DNA of 63,769 nucleotides, counting the filler. It is 14 parts of 14 records of this genome, joined end to end, with 100 filler letters (N's around TTAATTAATTAA, not from the genome) between each part and the next. Parts side by side here need not be neighbours in the genome. Positions count along the whole stretch, not along the records: positions 38,936 to 41,379 come from SRR9670534_509; positions 41,480 to 44,936 come from SRR9670534_512; positions 45,037 to 61,415 come from SRR9670534_513; 11 more parts are not named here. One strand, 5' to 3'. This document shows, piece after piece, positions 39,160-50,211 of the stretch. The translations under genes were made by a program, and so were the position numbers. Numbering within the stretch: the first letter of the stretch is position 1; each line of letters begins with the position of its first letter. The notes under the pieces are model-generated. The model searched no databases, was not told where the DNA came from, and was given only the letters and a program-made list of their open reading frames with translations.

Positions 39160-40687
39160 CTTTCAATTAGTAATCCTTTCCTTCAAAATGACTTAACCTA
39201 ATTGGATTAAGATTATTAATTAATAGGACTATATGTATTATTTTTTTTAAACTATAATATACGGCAACAGGTTAAAAGGCCTAAACACATCAAATGCATA
39301 AATAACAAAAGTCTCATAGCTCTTAAAAACTACTCTATAACAAAAGCTGAAACATAAAAATCAACCTAGTGGAAATTATAATCGTAATAAAACTTTGAAT
39401 TATAAACTCATCGAAAAGGATGGCAAAATCATAGCAAAAATGTTGGACTTATTGAAACCATACCATCAAACCATCTTGAAAGCATGTATTACATGGCTTG
39501 TAAGGAATCTTAAGGGAACACATAAAGTAGCAAATAAAGTACAGTAAAGAGAGGCTCAATTACATAATAAGTAATTGATTATTATGTTGATTACTAATTG
39601 AGTCCATGTTTGTTGCTCATATATAGTTATTCCTTCTTACACGGCGTCGCCGTGACGGCGATTAGTTTATGTGCTGAAAATAGAATTTCCGAAGCAACTG
39701 TCGACAAGTGTTTTAGGCTATAGCTAGTTTACAGAATAACTATAGTTATTCCAGTTTATTTGAGCAACTTCGCAACTTATGGCTCATGAAATTCTGACAA
39801 CGTCACTAATTATTAACTGAATAAAATTTCATGTAGTTACACCAGTGTATTGACATGACACAAAATCATTTAATGCTGATCATCATATCACAACCTACAA
39901 GTACTGTCACATACGAGCAGTTTCATGCGCTAAGAACAACATGTACGTATATATGTAGTACGTATTTTGTACAGTAATACTATTTGTAGCGTAAGCATAA
40001 TATTACGTACAGTACACAACTATACCTTACGTAACCTTAGGTAAAGTACACAGCTATAAGTTATAGCCTATGGTATAGGCCCCATACTATAGCAATTACT
40101 ATACTTTACTATACTAGTAGTTTCAGGTACTGGTTAATTGGATGTACTCAATTACGTCGTACCGCGGTACGACGTAGATATATTGTATTACAATAATAAT
40201 GTATACACATCTAGCTCTTTAAGTAATACATTAACAATAATTACGTACATGTACGTAGTCCGTATTTTGTATATACACAAATTGCAATTTCTACTCTACA
40301 ATAGAGTCTCCATGGATGAATCTCTAATGCATTTCATTACATTATGTAGCACTCAGTTGTAACGTGTGTTATACGGTATAATTCCCAATTACGATGCGCA
40401 AACAAGGTATACTGTTACAGTATTACTGTATATAGTATATACCGAGTACATTATAAGTTATAATTTATAACGTAATAAGTAGTCTACGTAGATACATATT
40501 AGGGTGTCCCTTATTTCATCAAGTTTTAAAATTTGTAGCTCTCATAGCTCATTTGGTGCTATTTTGTGAAAAAAAAATATGGTATTTTTAATTTTTAATT
40601 TACAATGTACAATAATCTAAATACTATATATTTTTGATAGTATATATTTAGATAGTATATATTTTTGTGTGGCAGGATTAAAATTAA

Positions 40688-41379
40688 TCATTTTATTATG
40701 GCATTAACAAGAGACTTAGCTTTAACAAACAGTCCATCACCTCCCAATACATTAAAATTACAACCTTTCCACTCAAATAACAAATCATCATTTGTACTTA
40801 AATCAGCCTGAAGTTTCTCCCATATTTGTAACTTAGGCTTCAGTTCTGGAATGTCACCTTCAATTTCGTAACCATCAGCACAAATTCTTTGACCGGGCCG
40901 ACAACTCTCTGCAACTTCCAATAATTCCAATTTCGAGCCACTACAAAATCAACGTTTATTTCAAACTTATTGCTAATTTTATAATAATAGTGATTTTACT
41001 TTTCATTCGTTGCACATAAAACCATTCCTTGAGACAAAACTTGCCTCATTTTAGATGGCTTTAAATTACACAGAAGAACAACAGATTTTCCATCCAGTTC
41101 TTCTTCTTTGAAATAATTTACCAAACCACTCACAACAGTTCTTGGAGTGTCTTCACCAACATCTACCTTAGACACATACAAATGGTCTGCATTTGGGTGC
41201 TAAAAATTTCCAACAATTTCAAAAAATTCATCAATTTTCATTAAATTTGAAATTTGTAAAACTTTTTATGTAAAGTTACAAACTTTTGAAATTTCAAGAA
41301 TTTTTCCAACTCTCAAGTCCAATTTTGTGGGATCAATTTCATCGGTTTCCTTCTTACAAGGAAGGGTCCCGAGGTGATA
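40688..41379 (-). CDS. EMAP-II-like tRNA-binding C-terminal domain (AIMP1 or Tyr/Met-tRNA synthetase C-terminus); last 3 exons
   Basis: [40 protein letters not shown]...[21 protein letters not shown]...[15 protein letters not shown]. Confidence 0.9.
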
Positions 41380-41479
41380 NNNNNNNNNNNNNNNNNNNNN
41401 NNNNNNNNNNNNNNNNNNNNNNNTTAATTAATTAANNNNNNNNNNNNNNNNNNNNNNNNNNNNNNNNNNNNNNNNNNNN
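41380..41479. other. Artificial contig linker
   Basis: N44-TTAATTAATTAA-N44. Confidence 0.98.
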
Positions 41480-41577
41480 TATTAATTATTATTATTAATT
41501 AATAATAACAGGGCTGGATTACCCATTATTACTGGCATAGATATTTAGCTAATAGTAATGAAAGTCATATAATATAC

Positions 41578-43190
41578 AGAAAAGGCGAATCCCATAATTG
41601 TAAATGTTGTGGTACTGAATATATCTTCAGAGCCAAATCCAGCCTCTTTCAGCAAAATATCATAGCAACCCTGAAATATAATATTGATAGATGTCGCATA
41701 TAAATGCACAGCGTTACCTTCTTTGAAACGATAGAGTTCAAATCATTCTCATTTTTAAATTGTTTCAGGTAGCAAAATCTTTCTCTAATTAGAAGTTCTG
41801 GAAGTTCTGACAAATCATTCCCTGTAAAGTTGTTACAACAAGATAAAGGTAAGTTTCCCTGACAATTGTTTTCTTTTAACCACGCTGAAGGTTCTACCAG
41901 AAAATCCTTGTAATTGATCATTCCACAGCATTCATACTAAAGAATTACATATTATGTTATTGTACATAATTTTGCAAAGACTTTTGTTTGAACTTGTGAC
42001 CAAAATAATCCAGGACCATCATATTCACTGCGAAATTGATGTACCACAATATTTTTCAAGAAGGTCTTCAAAAGGTTATCTTCCTAACATATAGATAGTG
42101 TAAAAAATGCAATGGATTACTCAGTGTACTGACAGGCTGTCAGTACACTGGATAGCAATGTTACTGACAGTAACTTACTGTATTGTATGTTTATGCCTAG
42201 GCATACGGTCAGTAATGATTACAGCTACAATGTTACGGTATTACTGTACTACTGTGAACAAACGTACCACTTTACATACTTCATACTACAGGTAGTTTAC
42301 ATAATTTGTTCTACAGGTAGAACATACTACGCTGTACTTGCATAGCACTAATACTGTATTAGTAATACATAACATAATACGAACTGCAGTGCACGTAGTA
42401 ATAGTTTTGCTCACTGTGTACGTAGTGAATTATTACTGTTCGTTATATAGTACGGGTACTGTATACTGTACGTAGTACGTTATATACTTTACGTAGTACG
42501 TAATATGTAGTATGTACTGCGATGTGCTGCAGTATACTATTGAGTATGTTGTGTCGGAATGTAGGTATTACGTAACATACACAATACATAGAATCCTAAA
42601 TAGCGCATATCGAATTTAATTAATATTTCTTACCTTATGAAAATAGTACCCCCATGTAAACATCAAAATGATACAACTAATGACGTTGATAAAATTTACA
42701 ACAGCAGTCTAAAAATGCTGTTATGTGCATAATCAAATTACTAATATGTACTTTATTAATAATAACAATTGTTTGCTTTTATTATCAGTTAATATATAAT
42801 GTACTATTTACCATTGACCAGCAAGTCTGTGTATTAGCTAAAATTGCTACTATCGCTACCGTTGATGATATAGCAGAAATAAGAATGAAAATCACTGTAA
42901 CTAGGAAGAATCGTGAAAAGGTGTAATCCGTCGCTGAAGGCATAATGAATAAATTTAAATAGAATCCAATTTGAACTGGTTTTGTGCCATGCGAATCTGA
43001 CAGTAATAAATAAGAAATTTCACCAACTGTATAGACCGAACAAATCTAAAAACATTTCCTCAATAATCTGTTTGTCGATTAGTAATTAGTAGCAAAAGCA
43101 ACCTACAAAAGTAATGGAAGCCAAAAATAACGTAATAAAATGGAGAATATGACAAATAATAAATTGAGTTTTTGCAGTGCTAAATGACAT
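41578..43190 (-). CDS. Divergent tetraspanin; multi-exon, 3' end incomplete
   Basis: Hydrophobic helices in the 5' exons, then FWSQVQTK|YECCG (CCG at 41930-41922), PLSCC, and GCY ahead of TM4. Confidence 0.82.
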
Positions 43191-43502
43191 TTTAACAAAA
43201 TATTACAAAACACTTATTAAATGTGATTGTAAAAACGCTATTAAAATGTTCTCATAATAATATGTGAGAGATAAGATAATTCAGAGAGATGTTGGTATTG
43301 AATCAATACTATTGATTATCTGATAATTCGAATAAATGTAAGTAAATTGTACAAGGTTAGATTTGCAACCAGTGTCAGTTTTTTTCGACAATTCGTGTGC
43401 AATGATATTATTATTAATAATAGAGATGATAATTATCCTTATTATAACGTAGGTATACGTCAAGGGTTCCAACCTAACAGTATATAAATCAAAGCAAGAG
43501 AT

Positions 43503-44570
43503 ATGCAACTAATTTGTTTTTTCTGGTCTAAAATTACCATGGTTGAAAATGATACCACCGATAATATGGCAGGTGCAACTGAAGCTTCTGTTTCAATCTA
43601 CATGGTGATTGCTACCAAATTGGCATATGCTTACTTCCCTGTTGCTAGTTTGGCAGTAATACTGAATTCTCTGGTAATAATCACTGTTCTTCATAGCAGA
43701 GAACTTAGAAACCAATCCACTGGAGTTTTCTTGCTATTTCTGGCATGTACAGATATCTTGGTACAAACGTTCTGGTTTAGATGGTCAATTGGAGACATTT
43801 GGCCTGAGAATTATGAATGGGCAGCTATAAAATGGCCACTGATTTGCAAGATCACTGATGGTTTGGGCATGGGTGCAGGAATTGCATCATCTCACTGCCT
43901 CATCCTCATCTGCATCGAGAGATTTGTGGCAGTTTGGTACCCCACCAAAGCGCAGCTTTGGTTTACAAGAAAAAGAGTCGGAATCATCTTATTCATTTTA
44001 TTATTTCTAAGTGAATTCTATGGTGGAATTCTTGGAACTCAATTCCACTTCTATGAACCAGCGGGGGCATGTTTGTTATACCCTGAAGTAAGCTACCTGG
44101 GATATTTAAATACAGGGCTGCATGTTGTTGAACCCTTATTCTTTATCATGCTTTTTACAGGGCTAACAGTTTTCAAAATTTATAAAATTAGCAAATCCGG
44201 TGTGAGTCAACTAAGCTCTCAATCTAAAAGAATCACCAAAATGCTTATGTCTGTTGCTATGTTGTATATTATACTAGCATTGCCATTCCCAGTTGCATTT
44301 AATTTACTCAATAATGTGACAGAAAGTGGAAATGTTGCAAAAGCGTTTTTGTTTGCTAATATTAGCTTTTTATTGGTACAAATGAATCATACATTTAATT
44401 TTGTCATTTACATGTTAACAAATAAGAATTTTAGGGTTGAGTGTATTAATTTGTTTTTAAGAAGGGGTGTCCAGGTATCACCTGGGTTTGGGGGCACTGC
44501 AGCAATGGCAGTTTCACTGAAGACGAGGTACTCTCGAAGAGAAGGTACTCTAGGTGCACGTGCCCAGTAA
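43503..44570 (+). CDS. Intronless class A GPCR, peptide-receptor-like (FMRFamide-receptor-like group)
   Basis: Seven TM helices; LACTD (TM2), IERFVAVWYP (DRY equivalent), NHTFNFVIY (TM7), NFR helix 8. The real start may be Met at 43539. Confidence 0.9.
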   Translation: MQLICFFWSKITMVENDTTDNMAGATEASVSIYMVIATKLAYAYFPVASLAVILNSLVIITVLHSRELRNQSTGVFLLFLACTDILVQTFWFRWSIGDIWPENYEWAAIKWPLICKITDGLGMGAGIASSHCLILICIERFVAVWYPTKAQLWFTRKRVGIILFILLFLSEFYGGILGTQFHFYEPAGACLLYPEVSYLGYLNTGLHVVEPLFFIMLFTGLTVFKIYKISKSGVSQLSSQSKRITKMLMSVAMLYIILALPFPVAFNLLNNVTESGNVAKAFLFANISFLLVQMNHTFNFVIYMLTNKNFRVECINLFLRRGVQVSPGFGGTAAMAVSLKTRYSRREGTLGARAQ

Positions 44571-44936
44571 GTGATTCAAAAATTTGATAAAAATTAATAT
44601 AAACTATAAACTAAGAGTTTTTAAAAAAATTTTAAAAATTTTGGTGCAGTTGCACTTCTAGTAAATCACCCCTGTAACAGCTATTAATTAATACATAATA
44701 CTACTAATTTATTTTTGGTTTTGAATTTATAATAATTGGGTTCATTATCTTTTTAGTGATGTAAGATATTTGCAATTACTCAAATAATTACAGACTCATC
44801 AATTTTAGTGGTGATTTCGGTATCATTTCAAATAAAACTAGTTATTATAAATAATAACGGAGCTATTATGTTTTATTATAATAATAATTATTATTAAAAA
44901 TATGTTATATATTATTATTAATTGTTATTATTAATA

Positions 44937-45036
44937 NNNNNNNNNNNNNNNNNNNNNNNNNNNNNNNNNNNNNNNNNNNNTTAATTAATTAANNNNNNNN
45001 NNNNNNNNNNNNNNNNNNNNNNNNNNNNNNNNNNNN
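44937..45036. other. Artificial contig linker
   Basis: N44-TTAATTAATTAA-N44. Confidence 0.98.
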
Positions 45037-45064
45037 TTTGCCCGACCCCAACCTGTTTGGTATA

Positions 45065-45130
45065 GCAGAGGCTGGCCTATTATGTATCTACTGCCTAATT
45101 ATCCCAGTAAGAACATAGGCCAGCCTCTGC
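45065..45130. repeat. Inverted repeat / hairpin with 16-bp perfect arms
   Basis: GCAGAGGCTGGCCTAT (45065-45080) and ATAGGCCAGCCTCTGC (45115-45130). Confidence 0.85.
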
Positions 45131-45294
45131 AGTACGGATAAGTTATAGTCTATTAGAGTCTATGTAGGTATTAGTCTACTAGAGTCTATGTACTCTACGA
45201 TCTATATATTTCGATAGTCTACTAGAGTCTTTACAGTACTAGTAGTATGATACTACAGTACATACATACATAACTGAAACTGTTTGTGTTTTAG

Positions 45295-45841
45295 CCGCTG
45301 CCAAAGAAAGAAGAGGTTAATAAGAATTTGTTCTTGTATAAATAACAGTCGTACAGTATGATCATCATGTGATAACTTATTTAATAAGTTATTATTATTA
45401 TTAATTAAACATCTTAGTTTAAGAATATTATTGTATATTGAATATACTATATTCTAGTGTTAATATGTAATACATATGTTATAATGTTATATGTACAATG
45501 ACTTTAAAATGATTAGAGTGAATACACAGTTTTGAAACATGACTTGATAGAAGCATATGAGAACAGATATCGACCAGATGGACCAACTGCTGAAGAAATA
45601 CAGAAAATGTTCTTTACTGGAAAACACGAATTTAAGCCAAGGTTAAGTTGGGAATTAATTGAACTTTTCTAATACGAAATCGTCTATACTATAGACTCTA
45701 TAGTATATTTCTAGCAGTTATTAATAGTAGCAGCTTGTAACATAACATATAGCCTATAACATATCTAATAGCGTATAATATTTCAGAAGTATTCACGAAA
45801 GGAAAATTCAACTTGTGGAAAAAGAAAGAGACCATATTTAG
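45295..45841 (+). CDS. MRPL42: Mitochondrial ribosomal protein L42, 3' exons (45295-45315, 45517-45641, 45787-45841); not in the ORF track
   Basis: Spliced PLPKKEE|SEY...GPTAEEIQKMFFTGKHEFKPR|SIHERK...* resembles the mL42 motif GP..EQL.KMFFTTKHRWYP. Confidence 0.75.
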
Positions 45842-45994
45842 TAGATAATTTTGATTTGATAAAAACTGAACCTTTTTTTCAATGAAAATTAGGATTGAAA
45901 ATTCAATTTGTAGTATGCATTATTTTTTTATCCAATTTAGAACTCGTGCGTTAAATTTTCTCGTGCTGTTTATTGGCTAAAGGATTTCGTAAGA

Positions 45995-46777
45995 ATGGGT
46001 TCTAAGGCTCTTCTTGTTGTTGCTGATGGTACTGAAGAAATGGAAGCTGTAATTTCAGCAGATGTAATGCGTAGAGGAGAGATTGATGTTACCATTGCTG
46101 GTTTGGTAAATGATGGTGTGGTGACTTGTTCAAGAAATGTCTTACTAAAACCCGATGTTTCTTTAACTACTGTTAAAGATAATTCATTCGATGCAATAGT
46201 CTTACCCGGTGGGTTGAAAGGAGCTGAAAGTTTTGCTTCGGTATGCATTCACTGTGTAATTTTTAAAACTGCGTATATTTTTTATTAGTCACCTCTCATT
46301 GGTGAAATTTTAAAGAAACAAGAAAGTCAAAATAGAACAATTGCAGCCATTTGTGCAGGTATCAATACATACAGTATATGTACTCCTTATTGCTATAATT
46401 TACAAAAATAATAGTCATAATCATAATTATTAATTATAATAAGTATAGTTGATGCAAATAAGTACCAGTGATTTAGCACCAATTGGATTGAAGCAACATA
46501 ATATTGGCAAAGGAAAAAAGGCAACTTCTCATCCTAGCGTAAAGGATAAGTTATCTGGTAAGTTATGACTTTGTGTTGTTTTGAATGATTTAATAAGAAT
46601 TCAATTCATCTTACAGATCATTTCAAATATCAAGAAGAAAGAGTGGTTTGTGATGGTAACTTCATAACAAGTCGTGGACCTGGGACAGCCTTTGAGTTTG
46701 CGTTAGCCATTGTTAAGCATTTGAAGGGAGAAGAAAAGATGAATCAAATAAAACCTCCAATGATCTTGAAAGATTAA
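45995..46777 (+). CDS. PARK7: DJ-1/PARK7 glyoxalase-deglycase; 4 exons
   Basis: [30 protein letters not shown] (catalytic Cys), [21 protein letters not shown] at 46775-46777. Confidence 0.95.
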
Positions 46778-46945
46778 TCACTTGATAATAATTAAGTCTT
46801 AATTAATATTGCATATAAGATTCTGATTAATTAGTAATAGTGCAAATTTTATAAGATTTACAATTAGGTATTCTTCATGTACCGGTAATTATTTTTAGTA
46901 GGTTTTTTAAGATACCTGTACTTACCAAATTGTATTTTTGCAGAA

Positions 46946-47896
46946 ATGTCTTTGTGTTGTTTGAAATGCTGGAACAAATTGTCTCGTTTGGTCACCAGTA
47001 AGAAGTTTTTATTAAGACAATTGTACACATCTACCATTTTACATTCTCCTGATGATAAAAATCCATCTGAAAGAGGCTTCGTTGACGTGTATCAACTGAG
47101 ACATGACGAACAAAAGCGAAGAGAATTGGCAAAAGGTGAAAGGTTGCAAGATGAAGTGCCTCTTGCTGGGGCTGTAGATGTTACCCAAGATTTAGGACAA
47201 ACTGTTGTCACTGTCCTAAACCAAGAAGTCGTAGATGACATTTTAATAGAACGTTATTCACCAATTGGTTTTGTACTTTCGAATAACATCAGAGTAATTG
47301 GTCCGATAGCCATATTTCCAAGAAATGTCTTTAATTGGAACGTTGGAGGCATTCATGATGTAACACCTGCTTCCATGGCCTTGTTTCATATGGTGGCACC
47401 AAAAATTGATCTTGTTGTTATGGGAACAGGAAGTTACGGAGGAGAAACATTGAATTTGGAAGTGATTAAGTACATGAGAGAACACGGTGTTGCCATTGAA
47501 ATGGCTCCAACCGAAATTGCAGTTACTACTTACAATTATTTAATGAGTGAGGGCCGATTTGTGGCAGGTGCAATGATACCACCTGAAAGAATGCATGAAT
47601 CAGATGATGAATTTGATTATCCACTTGGGATTGAGGAAATGAAAATGGTTCCTGGAATGCTATCTGCAGAAGTCAGAAAGATGATGCGGTTCGATCCCAG
47701 AGAACGTTTTAAACAAGTTTTAGCAGAAGAAAGCAAAGATGAAATTGACATTGAAGAGCAGAAAGCCAAATTGGAAGCAGAAAAACGATACGAAGATCCT
47801 GAAGTTTGGCGAATGATTGAAGAGGGAAGAAAAAAGGATGAGAAGGCAGACTCTGTCATTGTTAAAACAGATGATTCTGATAAGCCTAAAAAATAG
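46946..47896 (+). CDS. NDUFAF3: Complex I assembly factor NDUFAF3 (Mth938 domain), intronless, with terminal extensions
   Basis: YSPIGFVLSNNIRVIGPIAIFP...WNV...PKIDLVVMGTG...GVAIEMAPTEIAVTTYNYLMSEGRFVAGAMIPP. Confidence 0.9.
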   Translation: MSLCCLKCWNKLSRLVTSKKFLLRQLYTSTILHSPDDKNPSERGFVDVYQLRHDEQKRRELAKGERLQDEVPLAGAVDVTQDLGQTVVTVLNQEVVDDILIERYSPIGFVLSNNIRVIGPIAIFPRNVFNWNVGGIHDVTPASMALFHMVAPKIDLVVMGTGSYGGETLNLEVIKYMREHGVAIEMAPTEIAVTTYNYLMSEGRFVAGAMIPPERMHESDDEFDYPLGIEEMKMVPGMLSAEVRKMMRFDPRERFKQVLAEESKDEIDIEEQKAKLEAEKRYEDPEVWRMIEEGRKKDEKADSVIVKTDDSDKPKK

Positions 47897-48026
47897 CGCT
47901 TTCGCTAATTTAGCGTTTTTGTTTTATCAATATTTTTTGTATTTGTGGATTGCTCTCTGTACTATTGCAGTACCTATACAATAAATATGTTTATTATTAT
48001 TAATAATAAGGTATTCTTCCAGAGAG

Positions 48027-49607
48027 ATGGCAAAACCTATAAGAATGCTCATTTCTGGCGATGTCAGAGGAAACTTTGATGCTCTTTTTTCCAAAGTTGA
48101 AGCAACGAACAAAAAAGCTGGTCCGTTTGATTTGTTGTGCTGTATAGGCGACTTCTTTTGCGATGAAGACAATTCTAAACTCGATGATTATGTCGTAAAC
48201 AAATCTAAGCAAGTACCAATTCCTACATTTATTCTTGGTCCCAACAGTACCACTCATGAGAAGTTTTACAACCATTACTCAAGTGAAGCATCTGGTGAAA
48301 TTCTTCCTAATAAGTTATCAGTGTTGAAGAACAGTGGAATTTACACCACTTCTGAAGGACTTGTTATTGCCTACCTAAGTGGTATTGAATATGCCACATT
48401 TACCTATGATGACGCTACGACTTTGGCGGGGTATACCAAAGCTGTAGATGTTCTGCTGACATCTCAATGGCCAAGTCAGGTTGAGCTTTTTGCTCCATCG
48501 CAACCGAAAAAGCCCAGTGCAACTCATGGTTCGCCACTTATTAGTTATTTGGTTAACAAACTTAAACCAAGATACCATTTTTGTGCATTTACTGGTGAAG
48601 CATATGAACGACAACCTTTTCGAAATCATCAGCTTTTGCGAGAACCTAGTAAGCATGTTACGAGAGCCATTGCTTTAGGTTTTGTTGGAAATAAGGAGAA
48701 GCAAAAGTGGCTATATGGCATGAATATCATACCCACTACTAAAATTTCAAAAGAAGAATTAACCAAACAACCTGATGATACAACTGAATCCCCATATAAA
48801 GGTTTACCTGTCCCAGGTAGAATTAGCAAGGAAAAATCCAAAGTTGTAGCCCAAAATGATCCTGGGATACAATTCTTTTGGAATCAGCAAGAAATCATTG
48901 ACAGAAAAAGGAAATACGAAGGTTCTGGAGATGGTAGTTATGGTAAAAAACAAAATATCCAACATTTATCCAGAGATGACTGCTGGTTTTGTTTATCTTC
49001 AAAGAAAGTCGAGAAAGAACTGATTGTTCACGTTGGTGAAGGATTTTACGTAGCTTTACCGAAGGGAGGGTTGGTTCCAGATCATTTGCTAATTATACCA
49101 ATTTCTCACCAGAAGAGCACTGTTGAACTTGAATCCACTGAAGCTGTTGAAGAAATTGAAAAATACAAAAAATGGATTCGTCATTTTTGCAGCATTTCTG
49201 GTAATTCATGTGTCTTTTTTGAAAGAAATTTAAGATCTCCTCATTTGCAAATCCAAGCAGTACCAATTCCGAAGGAAAAGATGCCATTTGTCAAGCAAAT
49301 TTTTAAGGAACATGGTGCTGATAAAGGTATAAACTTTATAGATCTTGAAAAAGGACATGAAAATCTTACTAACTCTGTACCAGCAAATGTACCATACTTT
49401 TGGGTTGAATTTGATGATGGTGTTATTTTGCATCGGATTGGTAACAAACCCTTCCCACTACAATTTGGAAGAGAAGTTCTGGCTTCACCAGAATTGCTAA
49501 ATATGGTAGAAAGGGTTGAATGGCAGAAGTGCAGAATGGATCCAAGCGAAGAAAAAGACACGGTTAAAAGTTTAAGGGAAATATTTGAGAAATTTGAAGA
49601 TGAATAG
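48027..49607 (+). CDS. CWF19L1: CWF19-like protein 1 (metallophosphoesterase-like N-terminus, CwfJ C-terminus), intronless
   Basis: GDVRGNF...GPFDLLCCIGDFF, VDVLLTSQWP, LKPRYHF, YERQPFRN, CWFCLSS, ALPKGGL, FPLQFGREVLA. Confidence 0.95.
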   Translation: MAKPIRMLISGDVRGNFDALFSKVEATNKKAGPFDLLCCIGDFFCDEDNSKLDDYVVNKSKQVPIPTFILGPNSTTHEKFYNHYSSEASGEILPNKLSVLKNSGIYTTSEGLVIAYLSGIEYATFTYDDATTLAGYTKAVDVLLTSQWPSQVELFAPSQPKKPSATHGSPLISYLVNKLKPRYHFCAFTGEAYERQPFRNHQLLREPSKHVTRAIALGFVGNKEKQKWLYGMNIIPTTKISKEELTKQPDDTTESPYKGLPVPGRISKEKSKVVAQNDPGIQFFWNQQEIIDRKRKYEGSGDGSYGKKQNIQHLSRDDCWFCLSSKKVEKELIVHVGEGFYVALPKGGLVPDHLLIIPISHQKSTVELESTEAVEEIEKYKKWIRHFCSISGNSCVFFERNLRSPHLQIQAVPIPKEKMPFVKQIFKEHGADKGINFIDLEKGHENLTNSVPANVPYFWVEFDDGVILHRIGNKPFPLQFGREVLASPELLNMVERVEWQKCRMDPSEEKDTVKSLREIFEKFEDE

Positions 49608-49715
49608 GATTTTTAAGTTTTTCGGATTTGGTAGCGTTTTTAGTCTTTTATGCTCCTTTTTACGATTTTGAATGTGTTTAGAATTTTGGCCTAACAGTTT
49701 ATTAACATTAATTGA

Positions 49716-50211
49716 ATGAGTCAACAAGAGAGAACAGTAACCAACACAACCACTTGTATTACTGAAGAGCCGGTAAGTTTTCCCAAATTGTATTTATCAT
49801 TTTTATAAACAAAACTTTAGTTGAATACAATATTTCATTAATATACAACATTATTTATGCAATAATATCATACCCTTTAGGGGACAAGTCAACAAAATGC
49901 TGTAAAAATTCGCAAACCACGTGAAAAGAAAGAAGTGAAATGGACATCGGACACCGTTGATAATGAAAATATGGGGAAAAAGAGTTCAAAATGTAAAATT
50001 CCGGCGTTTTTTTTTCATTATGACATTATATTTTTTAGGCTGTTGCATTTATGTTAAACCTGAGAAATTTCGTGATCCGAAAGATAACGATTCTTCTGAT
50101 GACAGCGACGATGACAAAAATTGCGACCATTGTCGAGGTCATACTCCAAAATCGTTTAAAAGACCATCGAATGAATCCTGCAATGATCAAGGAGCTACTT
50201 CTGAGTCATAG
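49716..50211 (+). CDS. PPP1R11: Protein phosphatase 1 inhibitor-3; 3 exons (49716-49772, 49881-49992, 50039-50211)
   Basis: Spliced [29 protein letters not shown] is the inhibitor-3/Ypi1 signature. Confidence 0.93.

Noticed and set aside
44640-44675. Possible transposon end (AGTAAATCACCCCTG) after the GPCR
   Set aside because: No matching opposite TIR or TSD was found.
47258-49561. Many short antisense or alternate-frame ORFs over NDUFAF3 and CWF19L1 (also over the titin-like gene, eIF3g and NBAS)
   Set aside because: Shadow ORFs of real coding exons with no independent motifs.
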